Shown here piece after piece: positions 1 through 13,900 of a stretch of DNA of 64,000 bases (within the stretch, counting starts at the first letter, position 1; every line of letters begins with the position of its first letter). The stretch lies in NCBI RefSeq assembly GCF_009914755.1, contig NC_060926.1; one strand, given 5' to 3'. The notes under the pieces were generated by a model. It was given only the letters and a program-made list of their open reading frames with translations, did not search any database and was not told the DNA's origin. The DNA is from the human T2T-CHM13v2.0 reference genome, Homo sapiens. A program made the position numbers and the translations under genes.

Positions 1-40
1 AGCTCCAGCCTGGGCAATAGATGAGACCCTGTCTCAAAAA
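1..40 (+). mobile_element. Alu 3' end (truncated by window edge)
   Basis: CTCCAGCCTGGGCAA...GAGACCCTGTCTCAAAAA. Confidence 0.85.
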
Positions 41-859
41 GAGGTCTTTGTACATATATCTTTGTGCAAGTATTTCCATAGTATTAATTTCATGAACTGA
101 AACGGCTGAGTCCAAAAGCTTTTCACAGATATTACTAATTGCCTTCCAAGTAGGGTGCACCATTTTAAATTCCCACCAATGATAAATGAGACTGTTTTCC
201 CATCCACTTACCAGCACTAGGTATTGTCAGTCACTTCAATCTTTGCCGTGAGGGTTTTATTGGAACAGAAAAAAAAAAAAAAAAACAAGAGCAAGTCCAA
301 AGAAGGAGGTAGGAAGACATAAGAAAATACATAAAAGGGTTCAAGAAGTCAAAAGAAGAAGAGAGGTCAAGGGCAGAGGGCTAACTGGGGGGAAGGCCTG
401 TCTCCACCTGGCTCTGGTCCATGCAGGATGAGGATGTCCCAGGGTCAAATCCTGGGAGACTGCCCCTCTGCTCAGGTTACTGGGTCACCAGGACTGAGGC
501 AGTACCAGGATGACTCTAGAGGAATTCATTCTCCAGAGTCTCATGATCTGGGCTCAAGACACTAGGCCATGTCATCTGCTCCTTTTGGAGGAGGCCCATG
601 ACAAAAGCCTTCTCCATATCCCTGGAGTCTCAACTGATGGCCGTCTCAGACAAACAATTCATTTCAAACAACATTTTGAAAACACCCAGCTGGCATAGAT
701 TTCCACTGCGGGGCTCTCAGAATAGCAGAGAAGTTCAAGCCAGCGAAAGCAGAGAAACTTTTCTAAAACACTCCCATGCTATATTTTGTCCTCAGAGGCA
801 GTCTAAGGCAGGAGAAAGAGCTTTGGATGGAATGGCCTCAGATTCACACAGCCTTGCAT

Positions 860-990
860 TAAAATCTCCAACTCTGCCACTTACTAGCTGGGTGACTTTG
901 AATCACCCCAGTTACCTCATCTGAAAAATGAGGATCATATTCTCCCCTGTAGGGTGAATCATCTTAGAAAGATTACATAATGCAATCTAT
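860..990 (+). mobile_element. MIR fragment
   Basis: CTCTGCCACTTACTAGCTGGGTGACTTTG...CCTCATCTGAAAAATGAGGAT, the MIR core. Confidence 0.75.
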
Positions 991-1309
991 GTCAAGGGCT
1001 GGGCTCATTGATGAACGGAAGCTCTCTCTTCCCTAAACAAGGTGGAAAGGTGGTGCTGGTGCCCTGGAAACACCCTGGTGCTTCCATTTTCCATTTTACA
1101 CTGGGCAGTTTAGCATGTGTGAATTGGACTTTTTGTAGAATTCAAAACAAAAACAAAAACAAAATCCATCACCATTGCTCCAGTGTCTACTTTCCAAAAG
1201 AACCACTTGTATGGACAGACTGTGGCAATTCTATGAAGAGGATAAAAACCACTGTTTCATACACTTTAAACAAGCGAATTGAGTGGTATATAAAAAAATC
1301 TCAATCGCA

Positions 1310-1465
1310 TTATTATATAATATATAAAAATATATATAATATAATATATAAATTATATATTATAATACATTATATTATATAATATACATTTATATATAAT
1401 ATAACCCATAAATTATATATAATATATATTATAAATAATATAATATGTATAAAAGTATATATAAA
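1310..1465. repeat. AT-rich (TA)n-like low-complexity tract
   Basis: Almost pure A/T with ATATA/TAAT units. Confidence 0.9.
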
Positions 1466-1654
1466 ACAGAAAGATTATTTGTAGATATCAGTTTTCTGCT
1501 CCCAAATTATTTGGCCACACAAAGAACCAATGAGAATGAAATATAATCACATATTGAGATATCAACGTTTGTGCTTTTCTTTTTTACAATTCCTCAGTCT
1601 TAATTATTGCCTTCAAAACATCTGTGCCATTTGCAGGGGTGGGGGGAATTAAGA

Positions 1655-1845
1655 TTGTTCAAACAATAGACATTGGACACTCAGGCGGGTGGAAGGATGA
1701 GAGCAGGGTGAGAGATGAGAAATTACTTACAGGTAATTTGAGTGATGGCTATCCTAAAAGCTGAGGCTTCACCACTACACAACATCTCCAGGTCTCAAAA
1801 CTGCACTGTACCCCCACAAGTTATTTTACTTATACAAAATTTAAA
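1655..1845 (+). mobile_element. L1 3' UTR fragment (L1PB/L1MA-like)
   Basis: AATAGACATTGGACACTC...GGGTGAGAGATGAGAAATTACTTA...AAACTGCACTGTACCCC, resembling an L1 3' terminus. Confidence 0.6.
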
Positions 1846-3749
1846 AATTGTTCAAAGGGTACTTCAAAGAGAAAAAAGTCAATTTTTTTTGTTCATTTCC
1901 AAATTCCAAATTCAAAAATTTTGAAGACCAATTTTTTTTTTTTTAATTTATGCAAGGAGCGTTTTGTTGACAGAAGAAAAGGCTCTTGACAATCCAAAGG
2001 AGCCACCCTGAAGAAAACAAGACAGAGAGTTTATGCTCAAGATTGACTGGGAGGAGCGTGGGGGAAGACTAGACCACCCGACTTTAGCACCCACACCCAG
2101 AGAAACCAGATAATGGTCCCCCAGGTTTAAAACTGGGTGGGAGTGGAATAAGGCAGGATCCTGGAGAAGATCAGTGGACTGAAGGGATGTTAGGTGGGGG
2201 GTAGCGGGGCAAGGCCTGGAGGATTCATGAAGAAAAATGGAGTCAACAGTGACCCAGTGAGCCTTCTCCATTGACAGGAGGCTGCCTGCTCCCGAAGGCA
2301 TACCTGTAGGCTGCCATCATCACCCTGCACGCACAGCCAGCAGAAGATGCTGAAGAACAGCATGGTACAAGTCACTGTTCTATGAGTGCCTTTTCCCCAT
2401 GGCTGCCTGCTTGTCACCTGTGGATGTGATTAAGTGACATTTATTCATCCTCCCAAGATGTTGCTGAGCCTATCCTAACTTCCCCAATTGCCCAACCTCA
2501 TTACTCCTTTTCAACGGCCCTGGACAGGAATAGGTCCTAGGAACAGAGAGGGAATCCTGTAAGTATCAAATGAGCACATGCTGTGGGCAGAGTCCGGCTC
2601 TACCTGGCCTCCAGCAGCAACCAAATATCTACAGCCATGCATGGGTTCCCACTGAGTGCTTTTTGTAAATACTTTTTGTAGGAGTCCTTAGCTATGGCCG
2701 GTTTCTTCCTATCTTTTTTTTTTTTTTCTTCAAGCTCAACTCCTGCTGTGTTCAATTCTTGCATCAGCCACTGCTCTGCTCCCTGGCATCAAATGTGAAG
2801 AATGAAGAACCCATTCAGCTCATTCTGAATCATTTGACGGTTTCCAGACTCCTTAGCCTAGGGGTAGCCAAGAGGAGGAGACCTAGGAACGTGACCCAAA
2901 TACGATTTGTCACCTCCATCTTTACTTTGTCAGGAGGTGCGTTGAAAGGGAGGACAGTGAAGGACAGATTCTTCTTGTCCAAACAGAAGAAACAAGAACG
3001 CCCCAGGAAAAAATGGAGTCGCTCCAGCTTTCCAAGAAGCGCCTACTCAGAGAAGTGCCCCTCTCCCACAAAGCCTTCACAAGAGAGTGCTGAGATTAAG
3101 ATGAGGGGAAGAACAACTCAGTGGGGATCCACAGCTGAGCTGAGTTTGGGGATGACATTTGTGGCCGAGTCAAACCCAGGCTTACCAAGCTGAGCCAAAC
3201 CTTGAATTTTAGAACTATGATGAGGCTTTGTTATGATTACTTCCAGAGGAAGATCAAGAAGAGGAGAAGCAAGACTGCTTTAAATGTTCTTTTTTCACCC
3301 TGCAAAATGTACCTGATATTGAAAAGGGACAGAGCTAAAGCAAGTTCCTGAGTGTAGCATACCCCCGGGAGGAGCATTGAGAATGCAGAGGGACATCTAC
3401 AATCCACGCTTGGGTTTTCCTTAAAGCCCAGGGCCTGCAATGTGGAGATGCGGTCCCTTTGTGCCCCTTGCTGCTTGGACCATGTCTGAAGTGCTAAGCT
3501 AAATGTTGACCAAAAAAGAGGCCTTCCAGCTGGCAGACACCCTCAGCTCATTGCAACTGCCAGCTCTTTCCACTGCCCCAGCCTGAAGCCAAGTACCCCA
3601 GCTCCAGAGCTAATCTGGACTGAGGCATCGCGTAGACATCTATCATCTGTGCTTCACCAGGATCCAGCCCCATTTCCCTCGGGGAAATTGCTTCTCCATC
3701 ATTCTCTGCATTACAAGGTTAGACCTCCACCTCCAAGCTCCAGAAATGT

Positions 3750-4062
3750 GCACATGATCCAATTCCAATTCTGGCACTCTATTTTAGAATTTTTAGGAAA
3801 CAGAGGCTCATTTTCAGTTGAGTTTGAATCTGAGAAGAAGCTAACACAAGCTGCAGAATCTACCACTCAGAAACACCTGCCTGAAAGGAACACCAACTTG
3901 GAGCTGACAGATAGAGAATCACCTGAGTCCAACAGTTCCTGAAGCAGGAGCTACCCTCAGTACAAGTACCTTGGAGTTGTATGAACAAATAGATTTCCTT
4001 TGTGCATAAGACAGTATGAGTTGGATGTCTGCACTTTCGTGCAAAGGAATCCTGATAATACA
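3750..4062 (+). mobile_element. Old MaLR LTR (MLT1J/K-like), start approximate
   Basis: The end ...ATAGATTTCCTTTGTGCATAAGACAGTATGAGTTGGATGTCTGCACTT...CCTGATAATACA resembles the MLT1 terminus. Confidence 0.5.
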
Positions 4063-4654
4063 GACAAGGAGTAGGCCAGAATCTTTGGCTTCACCTTCTG
4101 CTAAACCTTAGGGTTAAACAACAATTCTTCACCTAGACTGCTCCTCCAGCTTCCTCCCAGAGCCTCCCACGTGTCATTCAGACCCAGGACTCTGTATCCT
4201 CTAGGCGCGAGGCTTAGGCACTTGGGTTACATCTAGTTGCAGGTGACTTCCTTCTCTTTCTACATTATCCCAGCTTGTATCTCTGTACTTTTCCTTTATT
4301 CTGACTCTGCAGCCTACACTCCTAAATTGCTGTGGATTCTCTGATCAAGGTACTCTATCTGCCTGTTTGGACTTCCCAGAGCTGTTCTTTAATTGACCAG
4401 GGTCTGAACTTGCTGTGAACTTTGGGCACTTGCTGACATCCTCTGAAGTGCTCTGCACAGCCAGGTTCATTCTTTATCCTGGGAACAAGGATCTTCAGCC
4501 AGGCACACTGGGATCCATCCCTACAGATTCTTCTTGACTCCAGTGTGATTCAGACACATGCTCTAATGGGAACCCCAGAGGGTACCAACCAGGACAGGAA
4601 GCAGTCTGGAAACCAGGGCCTTAAAGCAGATTCAATGGAGTGGTGGTATTAATA

Positions 4655-4920
4655 TTTGGCCCGGAAAAGAGAAGGTTAAAGGAGAAACATGATGCCTTTC
4701 TGCAAATATTTGTAGGATCGTCATACAGGACTAGGGCCAGTGGGCAAATGTCCCTGGGAGATGAGTTTGGGGTCAATAGAAGAAATTACTTTGAATTGTT
4801 TTTATACACTTGAGAATTTCCCTTGACTATGGCAGGAACATCTTTAACATCCTTGTAATATCTCAGATACCTCTGACTGTGGAGGTCAACAAATATTCGT
4901 GGATGGATTCCTGGGAATGG
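4655..4920 (+). mobile_element. L3/CR1 LINE fragment
   Basis: TTTGGCCCGGAAAAGAGAAGG...ACATGATGCCTTTCTGCAAATATTTGTAGG...GGGTCAATAGAAGAAATTACTTT resembles the CR1/L3 3' region. Confidence 0.6.
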
Positions 4921-7900
4921 CATCTGGGAGGAGTCTGGGAGGCTAGAGTGAGTTGGAGTAACTTTTATGGACCATATCAATTGCCCAGAGCTGGAGCAAA
5001 CTCCTGAACCTCAGGAGCCTGGGAATAAGAATCATTACCCACTGGCTGAGCTTATTTCCAGGGAACTGAAATATTTCCTCACGGGAGGACAGAGAGGATT
5101 GCCCACTACGCTAAGTGAGGAGGCAGCCATCTTCATAAGGCTGGTGGGAAGTAGGAGTCCAGGTTTAATAATGGTAAATCTATCAAAACCAAACGGACAT
5201 AGCTCACATCCTGTGGGCAATAAATATACACAGGTGAAATTTTATGATGTTTTAAAGGGAACTTTATGAGCTTTGAGGGAGCCTTAGTATAAACTAAAAC
5301 CAGCCATGGAAAAACAATATAATGTGAACTGTGGAAAGCAATCTCTGAAAATTCCTGTCACTGTTACCAAACCAAAGAAATTGTTCTGGGGGAGAAGAAA
5401 GATATGCTAGACTTTCTGCCTCTCTCTCATGATTTCTGGTGAGGTGGACTGTCTCGCTGGCAACATTTTCAGCTCCGTGAGAGTAAAAGCTATTAAAGCC
5501 TGCCTGTTTCCCACACAGCTCCTAGTACAATGCGGGTGCACACGTGTACACACACAAACACACACACAAAATTTGTAAGAGATGGGGAATAACGGTTGTG
5601 AGTACTTCCACAGGAAGGCCTCACTGTTCTGGGGACTTTTGTATCACAGGTAGGAAACTTGAACTCTGAGTGTTAAGAAATGTTCCCGAGGCAGATAATT
5701 AATAAATGACTGACTCTAGATCTGAACCCATCTCTCTCTATCCCTAGAGCCTAGGTCCTTTCAACCACATCTGTAGTTGCCAGACTTTTGGATTTCATCA
5801 ACCAATACAGTTTCAAAAACACTCAGGAGAGTTGCCAACATTTTATTCAGAGGATACTGTTAAAAATTGAGAAAGTTGTATTAATAACAGCCCAAAAAGA
5901 TAGAAAATGACTTAGGAATAAACCAAATGAATTCAGCTTTATGAAATACTTCATTCCTTGACACACGTGTATGTGTGTGTGTGTATGTGTGTGTGTGCCT
6001 CTAAAAATATTGCCACTGACAGGCACCAGATTGGCGCTTGGAACAGTACTCTCTGCCCACACTTTGTCCTCTATCCCCAATAGCACCTAGCACAATAGTA
6101 CAATATCTTACCCTAAGTAGGTGCTTAAGGCTTGCTGTCGAATGGCTACTATTATTTGCTCTTTTCTGTTTGGTCCTCCAAAAAGATTCCAATGATACAA
6201 GTTTACCTGTGTTGTGGATCCAGGCAACTTGCTTCATGTTGTTTAACTTTGTATTTATGGCTTCATAAAAGCTGGACTTTGTCACCACCTCCTCCTCATT
6301 TTCCCTCTAAAACAGCAAGATTTCTCCTCCTGGCAGACTCGGGAGACTCAGGATCCTCCAACAATACAGCTTTGTTTCTTTTCCCTAAAGCGATTCCATC
6401 ACTTTTCCTCTGGCCAAGAACCTCACTCCCCCGGCTTCTCTGAGAATGGGGTCAGGGAGGCCTGTGCAACCCCAAGAGGCGAGTGGGCACCTTGGCCTGG
6501 GGTCCTGTGGTTCAAGAGTCCCACCCTCTTGACCCAGCTCTTCCACTGGGTTACCTTGGGAAATTCTCTCCCCTTTTCTTTGGATCTCAGTTTTTTCACA
6601 TACAAAATGAGAGGGATTGGACCAAAACATTCAAAGGGTGCTCCCAGCCTTGGCAATCTGCACTTCTCTTCCATCTGGCTGACTCCAGCTCCTCCCACAT
6701 CAGGGCTCCTTTTGTTTGAGAAAAGCTGGAATTTGGGGAAATTCAATGACAAGCTGGCTGTTGAGGAAGATTCTGTAATATGATCATGCAGCTGTTCGGT
6801 GATTCTACATGAGTGTAGGATCGCTTCAGGGTGGAATGTCAAGGCTTACCAGACATTATCTTGGACCAATTCTCCTTTTTCCATGAGACCAAGTCATTAT
6901 CCTCAAAAGTATTACAAATTGTGCACATCCACCAGATGCCGGGAGGTGCTGGCTGGGAAGCAGAGGACCCACGCTGGGGGTCGTCCACTTCAGGTTTCTC
7001 TTTGGCTGAGATTACACTGGAGGCTGGCGAGAAGCCAGGCTATGCCCTGGAATAAATGACTTGTCAAGTCCCCAGCCATGGCCCTAGGAGGTGCGCGCAC
7101 CCCCGCTTAGCCTCCCATTTATCTTTACAGCAGTGAAACCAGCCACCCTGGAAGCCTACCTCACTGAGGGAAAGGCTAAATTGCAGAGCCCAAGTTTTTT
7201 TAAAAAATGTTTCTTTGAAAAGACATCCTTGCCCTTTAATTTTAGAATAGTTACTCTCTGGCACTTATCAGAACAGGGCTATTTGGATGTCATCTAGAGA
7301 CAGAGAAGAAAAGGAGAAACCTAGCAAACTGGGCTGCCTGCTGGATCGACTTTGGTTGCTCTTTCACATGCAGATCAAAAGCTTCCTAAGCAGTTAACCC
7401 TCAGCAAGGGAGTGACAACCTCTGCAAGGAGGAGGCTCCTACAAACAGAATTTAGCAGAAGTAAGCACTTCATGCAAAGGCCCGGCATCAGCCAGCACTG
7501 GAGATGTCTGGTCACCATATAAATATCCTGAAGATGAGCTTTGGCTCCACTCTAGAAACATCCAGAGTAGTCCCCTGAAATCTACCAGCTGTAAAGTTCC
7601 CCAGACTCTTGGAGATTGCCTGGTAGCCATTTCTCAATAGAGATAACTGGGGGTGGGGTAGAGGTAGGGAAGTTCCAGTCTGCAAGATCTTTTTCTCTTC
7701 AGTGGCATCTTTCTAGGCTTAGCCCTGGCAATCACTCTGAGAGCTAGAGTAAAAACAGAAAATGAAAGTCTTGGAGAAGGGGCAAGACCAAGAAAGCAGA
7801 GATGCAGAGTTGTGTGTCCAAACAACAAATATTGGGAAGGACAAAATGAGCACGAGTTGATTCAGGACAGGCCTTCAGGGAGTGGCCACAAAAGAAATTT

Positions 7901-9397
7901 GGGGAGCAGGCAAGAACACAGAGATCTTCAGGGGAGCTGCCTTGGGAGAAGGGATACCCAAAACTAGGGACACACCTCTGAAGAAATGTCTGTGAGTGGG
8001 AGAATGGGAAAGGACATTGCTCAGGTGGTCAAAGGACCTGCTGAAGTCAAGTCCAATCTGACCTCTGTTGAAGCCTGGGGAACCCAGAGAGGAGGGTCCC
8101 ACTTGCTCAGCAGTCAGAGATGTCATGAGGGAAAAAGCCGCACCTAAGGGCAACTAGGAGAGGACGAGAGGGAAGGAGGGAGAGCTGACAAGGTGTGCGG
8201 CAGAAATTAAAGGAGGTGCTAACCACCAAGATGGAGTCCAGGCCTTCTAAGAAAGAGCACTTTGATTTGTTACAAGGGATTATGGAGAAAGATTCAAGAA
8301 ATTGAAAAGGCAGAAGGAAACCTTCTCTTTAGGAACCATTTGGCCGTCTCACCACAGAGGCTGTTCTCTTCCTCCTATTGCCTGATTCCTCCAATTTTAA
8401 GTACAAAAGTATGCCAGCATCACAGATTCAGAGATCAACCCTGCCTCCTCATTTTGCCAATGAAGATACCTATGGTCACGACAAGATCTGGCGGAGCCAA
8501 TGCCTCCTTCCCAAATTCCTTCCACTTCTTCATCAATGACCGGCACCTGCAGGGTGTGAGTCACTGGGCTGATGCTTCTCTGTGCCCCCATTTTTGGAAT
8601 CTGAGTCTCCTGTGGTATCTGCCTGAGTCTGTGCCCTTAGAGATTCCCCAATCTCAGCCTCTTACTTACATGAACCTGTGTCTTCTCCAGTCGTTGCATA
8701 TCTGTGTCGCCTAGGTTCATGAGTATGCATCGGCCTTTGCCAGCTATAGTGAGCCTGTCTGCTGCCATCACTCGCTGACAGCTGAGAAGCCTGTCCTGGC
8801 TACCTTGAGAGGGTAGACTTTTGTTCTCAGGCCCACATGCTCCCCATCTTCTCTCAGGGTAGGCATGTGTGTGATTGGGTGCCAAAAGAGTGGGGAGACA
8901 TGTTGGAGAGCTGGATAATATAGCTTGCAAGCAGCCACTAAGACCTGGTCCGGGGTCCCTACACATTTGAAGACACACAGATGGGAGTGATGATCATGCA
9001 TGGGTGCTGGTTATATTCTGCCCCAGTCCAACAATGGAACTCTCTTGAAACTGTGAAACATGGATTCCCTAGAGTTCTGATTTATTATGGGTTTACTGCT
9101 TAAGCCAAAAGTTTTTGTCACTTTGAGAATAGGTTAAAGGTTAAGAGGATCAATAGGGGGCCCAAAAGGATGTTTAAAACAGGTTCCATTAAACCAAGAT
9201 CCCATACAAATCCAAGACAAAACCCAGAAATGAGTCTTAGGGATGAGAAGTAAGGCTTCACAGGAGGAGCTGGTTTCTGTCTGAGGGTGATAAGCTGCCA
9301 AATCCTTGCTCCAGAGAAGAGAGTCATGGGTTCCCAAGTGGCCTGTGAGTTGGGATAGAGTCAAGGCTGGAGGAAGGGCTTTAAGAAATGATCTTAC

Positions 9398-9551
9398 AGC
9401 CAGATATGGTGGGTCACACCTGTAATTCCAGCACTTTGAGAGTTCGTTGCAGGAGGATCGCTTGAGCCCAGGAGCTTGAAACTAGCCTGGGCAACATGGT
9501 GAGACCCTGTCTCTAAAAAAAATAAAAATAAAAAAATAAAAAAAAAAAAAA
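9398..9551 (+). mobile_element. Alu left monomer (FLAM-like)
   Basis: Single monomer plus A-tail, flanked by TSD AAGAAATGATCTT. Confidence 0.9.
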
Positions 9552-10508
9552 GAAATGATCTTTCCCCAGGCCCAGCATGAGGGCCTTGACTAAATCTCTA
9601 GATTCCAGAGACTCCATCCTTTGTTCTTTAAAAAGCTGAGTGACTCTAGTTCTCCCTCCTAGACTCTCTAGATGCTACTTATTTCTGTTCGAACCAAAAA
9701 GCACCTATTAAGATCTTCTTCTGAGCCAGGCACGATGACTGGGACGTAGGGGTATGGGAAGGTAAGTTGGTTTGATGCTTGGCTTCACAGAACTTAGAAC
9801 AAAGTCAAGAGAAGCCCAGCTGCTTCTCTGGAAGGAGAAGCCTCAAAATATGTTGCCCAAAATGCTGAGGCCCACTCCCCCACAAGTCTGATTCCAGATG
9901 GTATCAGAGCCGCTCTCAGATGGAAGCAGGGAGTCGTTATCTGGCTGGGTCCCTCCCATTTCCCACTCTGCAGTCATTCATCAAGTGGCTGCCCAGAGCC
10001 CAGTGCAGAGCTGAGGCTGGTTCCTGGCCTCGAGAGACATTCCTGGTCTGGATGTCCAGTCAGCTCAGCTTTTCCTAGTGAAGTAGGGGTGGGGTCGTAT
10101 CTGTGCCACCTGTGCCTCCTCAAGTCCTTAGCATGCCCCCAGGGAAGCACAGGATGCTTCTCTCCATTTCTCTTTGTTTAAAACTTTCCTTAATGTCAGG
10201 GGATGGGGGTATTGGATGGACCCCCAGGGGGCTTTAAAAATTGAAAGCCAGTCCCGGCCAGGGCCCCCACCGGATGGTGAGAGAGCACAGGAGGAAGCAA
10301 AAGTGCTTGTGTTAACAGAATGTCATTTCCCAACATGATTCAGGCCCCGACGCGAGGCAGGAAAAGGAGAGCAAATGCCTTCCCATTCATCACATCGGAC
10401 ACAGTTATTTTTAGAGTAGCACCAGCTCAGCGCTGGGTTCCAAGGGCCCTGCCGTGGAAGGAGATGAGGCTGGGCTGATACAGTCAGTGAAGAGTGGAAA
10501 TCTTGCAG

Positions 10509-10510
<2 letters not shown>

Positions 10511-10552
<42 letters not shown>
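10511..10552. repeat. (GT)21 microsatellite
   Basis: Counted directly. Confidence 0.98.
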
Positions 10553-10554
<2 letters not shown>

Positions 10555-12089
10555 GATAAACAGGAGGGGTGAGCAGGCAGCTTTCCTCCCAAACTGCAGA
10601 CCCTGAGCCTGGCTCCTTATGTGAGCATGAAGGAAATTGGGTGTGGAAGTAATCATCTGAGGAATTGTTGGGGGAGAAGAAAGGGAGACCCTCTTTGCCT
10701 GGAACTGAAGTGGGCCTTTGGCTTAGAAAGGGTCCCCTCACATCCCCACTCTGATCTGACCTGCCTTTTCCCAGGCACTCCCCAGGCTGAGGGCAAAGCA
10801 GCCTCATCCTAGACTGGGTAGAACATTGGCTGACTGCAGGGGTTCTTGGCTTCACTATCACAGCCTTACAAACATCTGGCCAGCATGAACGCCTCCCTCC
10901 ACCCAGATGCTGATGGTGAGCTGGTATCTGAGAAATGGATTCTGCTCCAATCAGCACCTCCATGCCCATTTTCTAGAAGGAGAGTCTTAACTGGACATGG
11001 TAAGAGAGTCCCTTTTTGCAAGGGACAGATGAAAGGCTTCCCTTCTTTTTCACCCATTTCTGGTCTTCTCTCCTCTCTCAACCAACTGAAGGAAAAGGAA
11101 GACCTGAGGTTGAACCCGGCCCTGAGACAAGATTGGGGTCAGGATGTGGTCCCAGGCTGCCTTTCTTCCTAGGCTGGATTCTTCCTTCTCCTTTCATCTT
11201 AAATACACTGCCCTCCTGTTTTCTACCTCTGGAGAGTTCTTGGCTCTATAAAAGATGAATCAACTATCTGGCCTGACCCTAACTAACATAAGCAGTCACA
11301 GCCTAGGATGAAACTAAGGCCCTCTTTCTTTCCACAAGGCTTTCTAGATGTGCTTCAAGGTCTATGGAAATGCAGTTTATACTACATGGGTCTTTAAGGG
11401 CCTCAGATTTGATTTACTTTCCATTAATAGCTGAACTGTCCCTGAGGTTCTGGCCAGTTTTAAACATTCTTACTGGCAAAGGGGATTAGATAGATGACTT
11501 CCTGCACAGTCATTGGATGGATTCCCATAAGCCAAGGCTAGTGGACAGAGCATCCCATAGCAGCAAGTCACTGCTACTGCCTCCACCAGGAAAGCAAAAA
11601 AAGCTCATGTGAAGTTTTGATGGGGCTGCCAGCACATTGATAAGAAATCTCCCTGATCCCTGTGTTAGCACCCACAAGGTGGAGAGCTTATCCGCTTTGC
11701 ACAACAACCCAGGTGAGTAAAGGGATCGCAAAGTAATGAAAGGGGAGGCATCTGGTTCATTTATTTTTACCAATATTTTTTCTTCTGAAGACTTATTACA
11801 AAGATGGTCCAGTCATCATTTTAGCAGAAGCAGACAGGTAAGGAGGAAGCAGTATTGTCTGGGAAGCCAGGTGCACCAACCCAGCTTTGCCACTAATCTA
11901 CATCCCAACTGTGATGTCGAATCAGCCACCCACCTTTCTGGACCACAAAAGGAACGACTTGAACCAAATGAACTTGAAACTCCTTTCCAAAGTACCATAA
12001 AACAACAATAACTGGGGAGATGGAGGAGCTGCCTGGAGAAGTTAGTCCTCACACTGCTGCTTGAAGCTAACAGATAGTAGAATAATCCT

Positions 12090-12305
12090 GGCTGACAGTT
12101 ACTGATCTCCTAACCAAATGCACATCTCATCATCAGCCGTCACAACAACCCTGAATAGTAGGTATTATTTTCCCATTGTACAGATGAAAGAACTGAGGAT
12201 CAAAGAGGTTAAACCAACTGCTAAAGGTCAGTAAGTGGCAAAAGCAGGCTTAGGCCTACGTCTTTCTGATGTTTAAGCCCATGTGTTTTCTGTCCTACCA
12301 TATTA
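12090..12305 (-). mobile_element. MIR
   Basis: CACAACAACCCTG...GTAGGTATTATTTTCCCATTGTACAGATGAAAGAACTGAGG, MIR core in antisense. Confidence 0.75.
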
Positions 12306-12334
12306 CCTCTCAATGGATCAAGGAGAACAATGTC

Positions 12335-12342
<8 letters not shown>

Positions 12343-12376
<34 letters not shown>
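12343..12376. repeat. (TG)17 microsatellite
   Basis: Counted directly. Confidence 0.98.
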
Positions 12377-12380
<4 letters not shown>

Positions 12381-13568
12381 TTTTTCTTATTATTGAGCAT
12401 CCTTTTTAAGGTCTGTCCCTTCTCTATACTTCATTTTTCCTTTCCATAACATTATTTATTATTATAAAAGAGCTGCAATTCTACCCACCTTTTGCTGTGC
12501 TGGAAGAAAAATGTTGATAAAGTGCCTAGCCCCATATGCCACCAAATCAGAGTCTTTTGCAAGTCACGACCAGATGATCTCATCTGAAAGCTTCTGTGTG
12601 TGTTGGGTGCTTGCAGTTGAATAGGATGAGTCAGATGTCAGCCTACTTCTTTTCCAAGCACCTGAAACCCACCAACTTCCTGCTCTTCTTTCCTTTGAAG
12701 CTCTGTGTTTCGTTGTGCTTGGGAGTCCCTGGAAGGGCCAGACTGTTTGTCCAGGTTCAACACAAGGCTTGGGGTACAGTAGGTGGAGGTACCAGTATAT
12801 GTTCCAGTCTCTCTGCTAAATCATTTGTCCCTTTCTCTTTGGCTCACCCTGTTATTTTCAAAACCCATTACCCACTTTGCATTAGGAGTTTCTCAGTCAT
12901 TTTTTCTTCTTTCCTGTCACTCTCCTTGTATCTCTTTGTCCTTCTCCCTCTGATCTCTGTGCCTTCCCATTCTTTCTTCTGCTTAATGACTGAGTGGCTG
13001 ACAACTGGGAGTCACACAGTATTATACACACAGCAGATTGAAGTCACCTTCCCATAGACTATGACAATCGTCATGATGCCACAGTACCAGGTGTGGGGGT
13101 CCTGGAGGGCTGATAAACAAGACATTCCACTCAGCATGGTATGGAGCAGAAAAAAACTGCATCATCAGGAAATTGACTCACACATAGCAGTTCCTAGACA
13201 GAGACCTTGGCCTGCAGTAGGTGACTATGAGAGTTCACATTTCTGCTTTTTCCTCCTCACTGGTACCTGAGTTAATCATGGGGCTTTGGACATAAGGGCA
13301 ACAGTAGAGTCTCAGAGACACAGGATATTGACAGCATTCCAGAATAATCTGGCACTCTTCTCTTGCTTCCATTCATTATAAGGTCTACTTTAGAGGAACG
13401 TTGCAAACAAGGTCCCCAAATGTACCAGCCTCAAAGACTCTAATCCGTTTCCTATAGGCCCAAGAAACTCCAGGTTGGAAAATGAAGTTGGCATGCTTTA
13501 CTGCACCCTCAGCAAAAATGACTTCATATTTTTGGTAGATGGGTGAATAGCAACTGAAAAGGATTGTT

Positions 13569-13900
<332 letters not shown>

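Noticed and set aside
2759-3193. Longer intergenic ORFs (144 aa here; 150 aa at 8262; 153 aa at 12596)
   Set aside because: Non-ATG starts, no recognisable domain or exon structure; lengths compatible with chance.
10323-10969. ORFs with (HT)n or (CV)n runs, also at 27206-27494
   Set aside because: Translations of CA/GT microsatellites.
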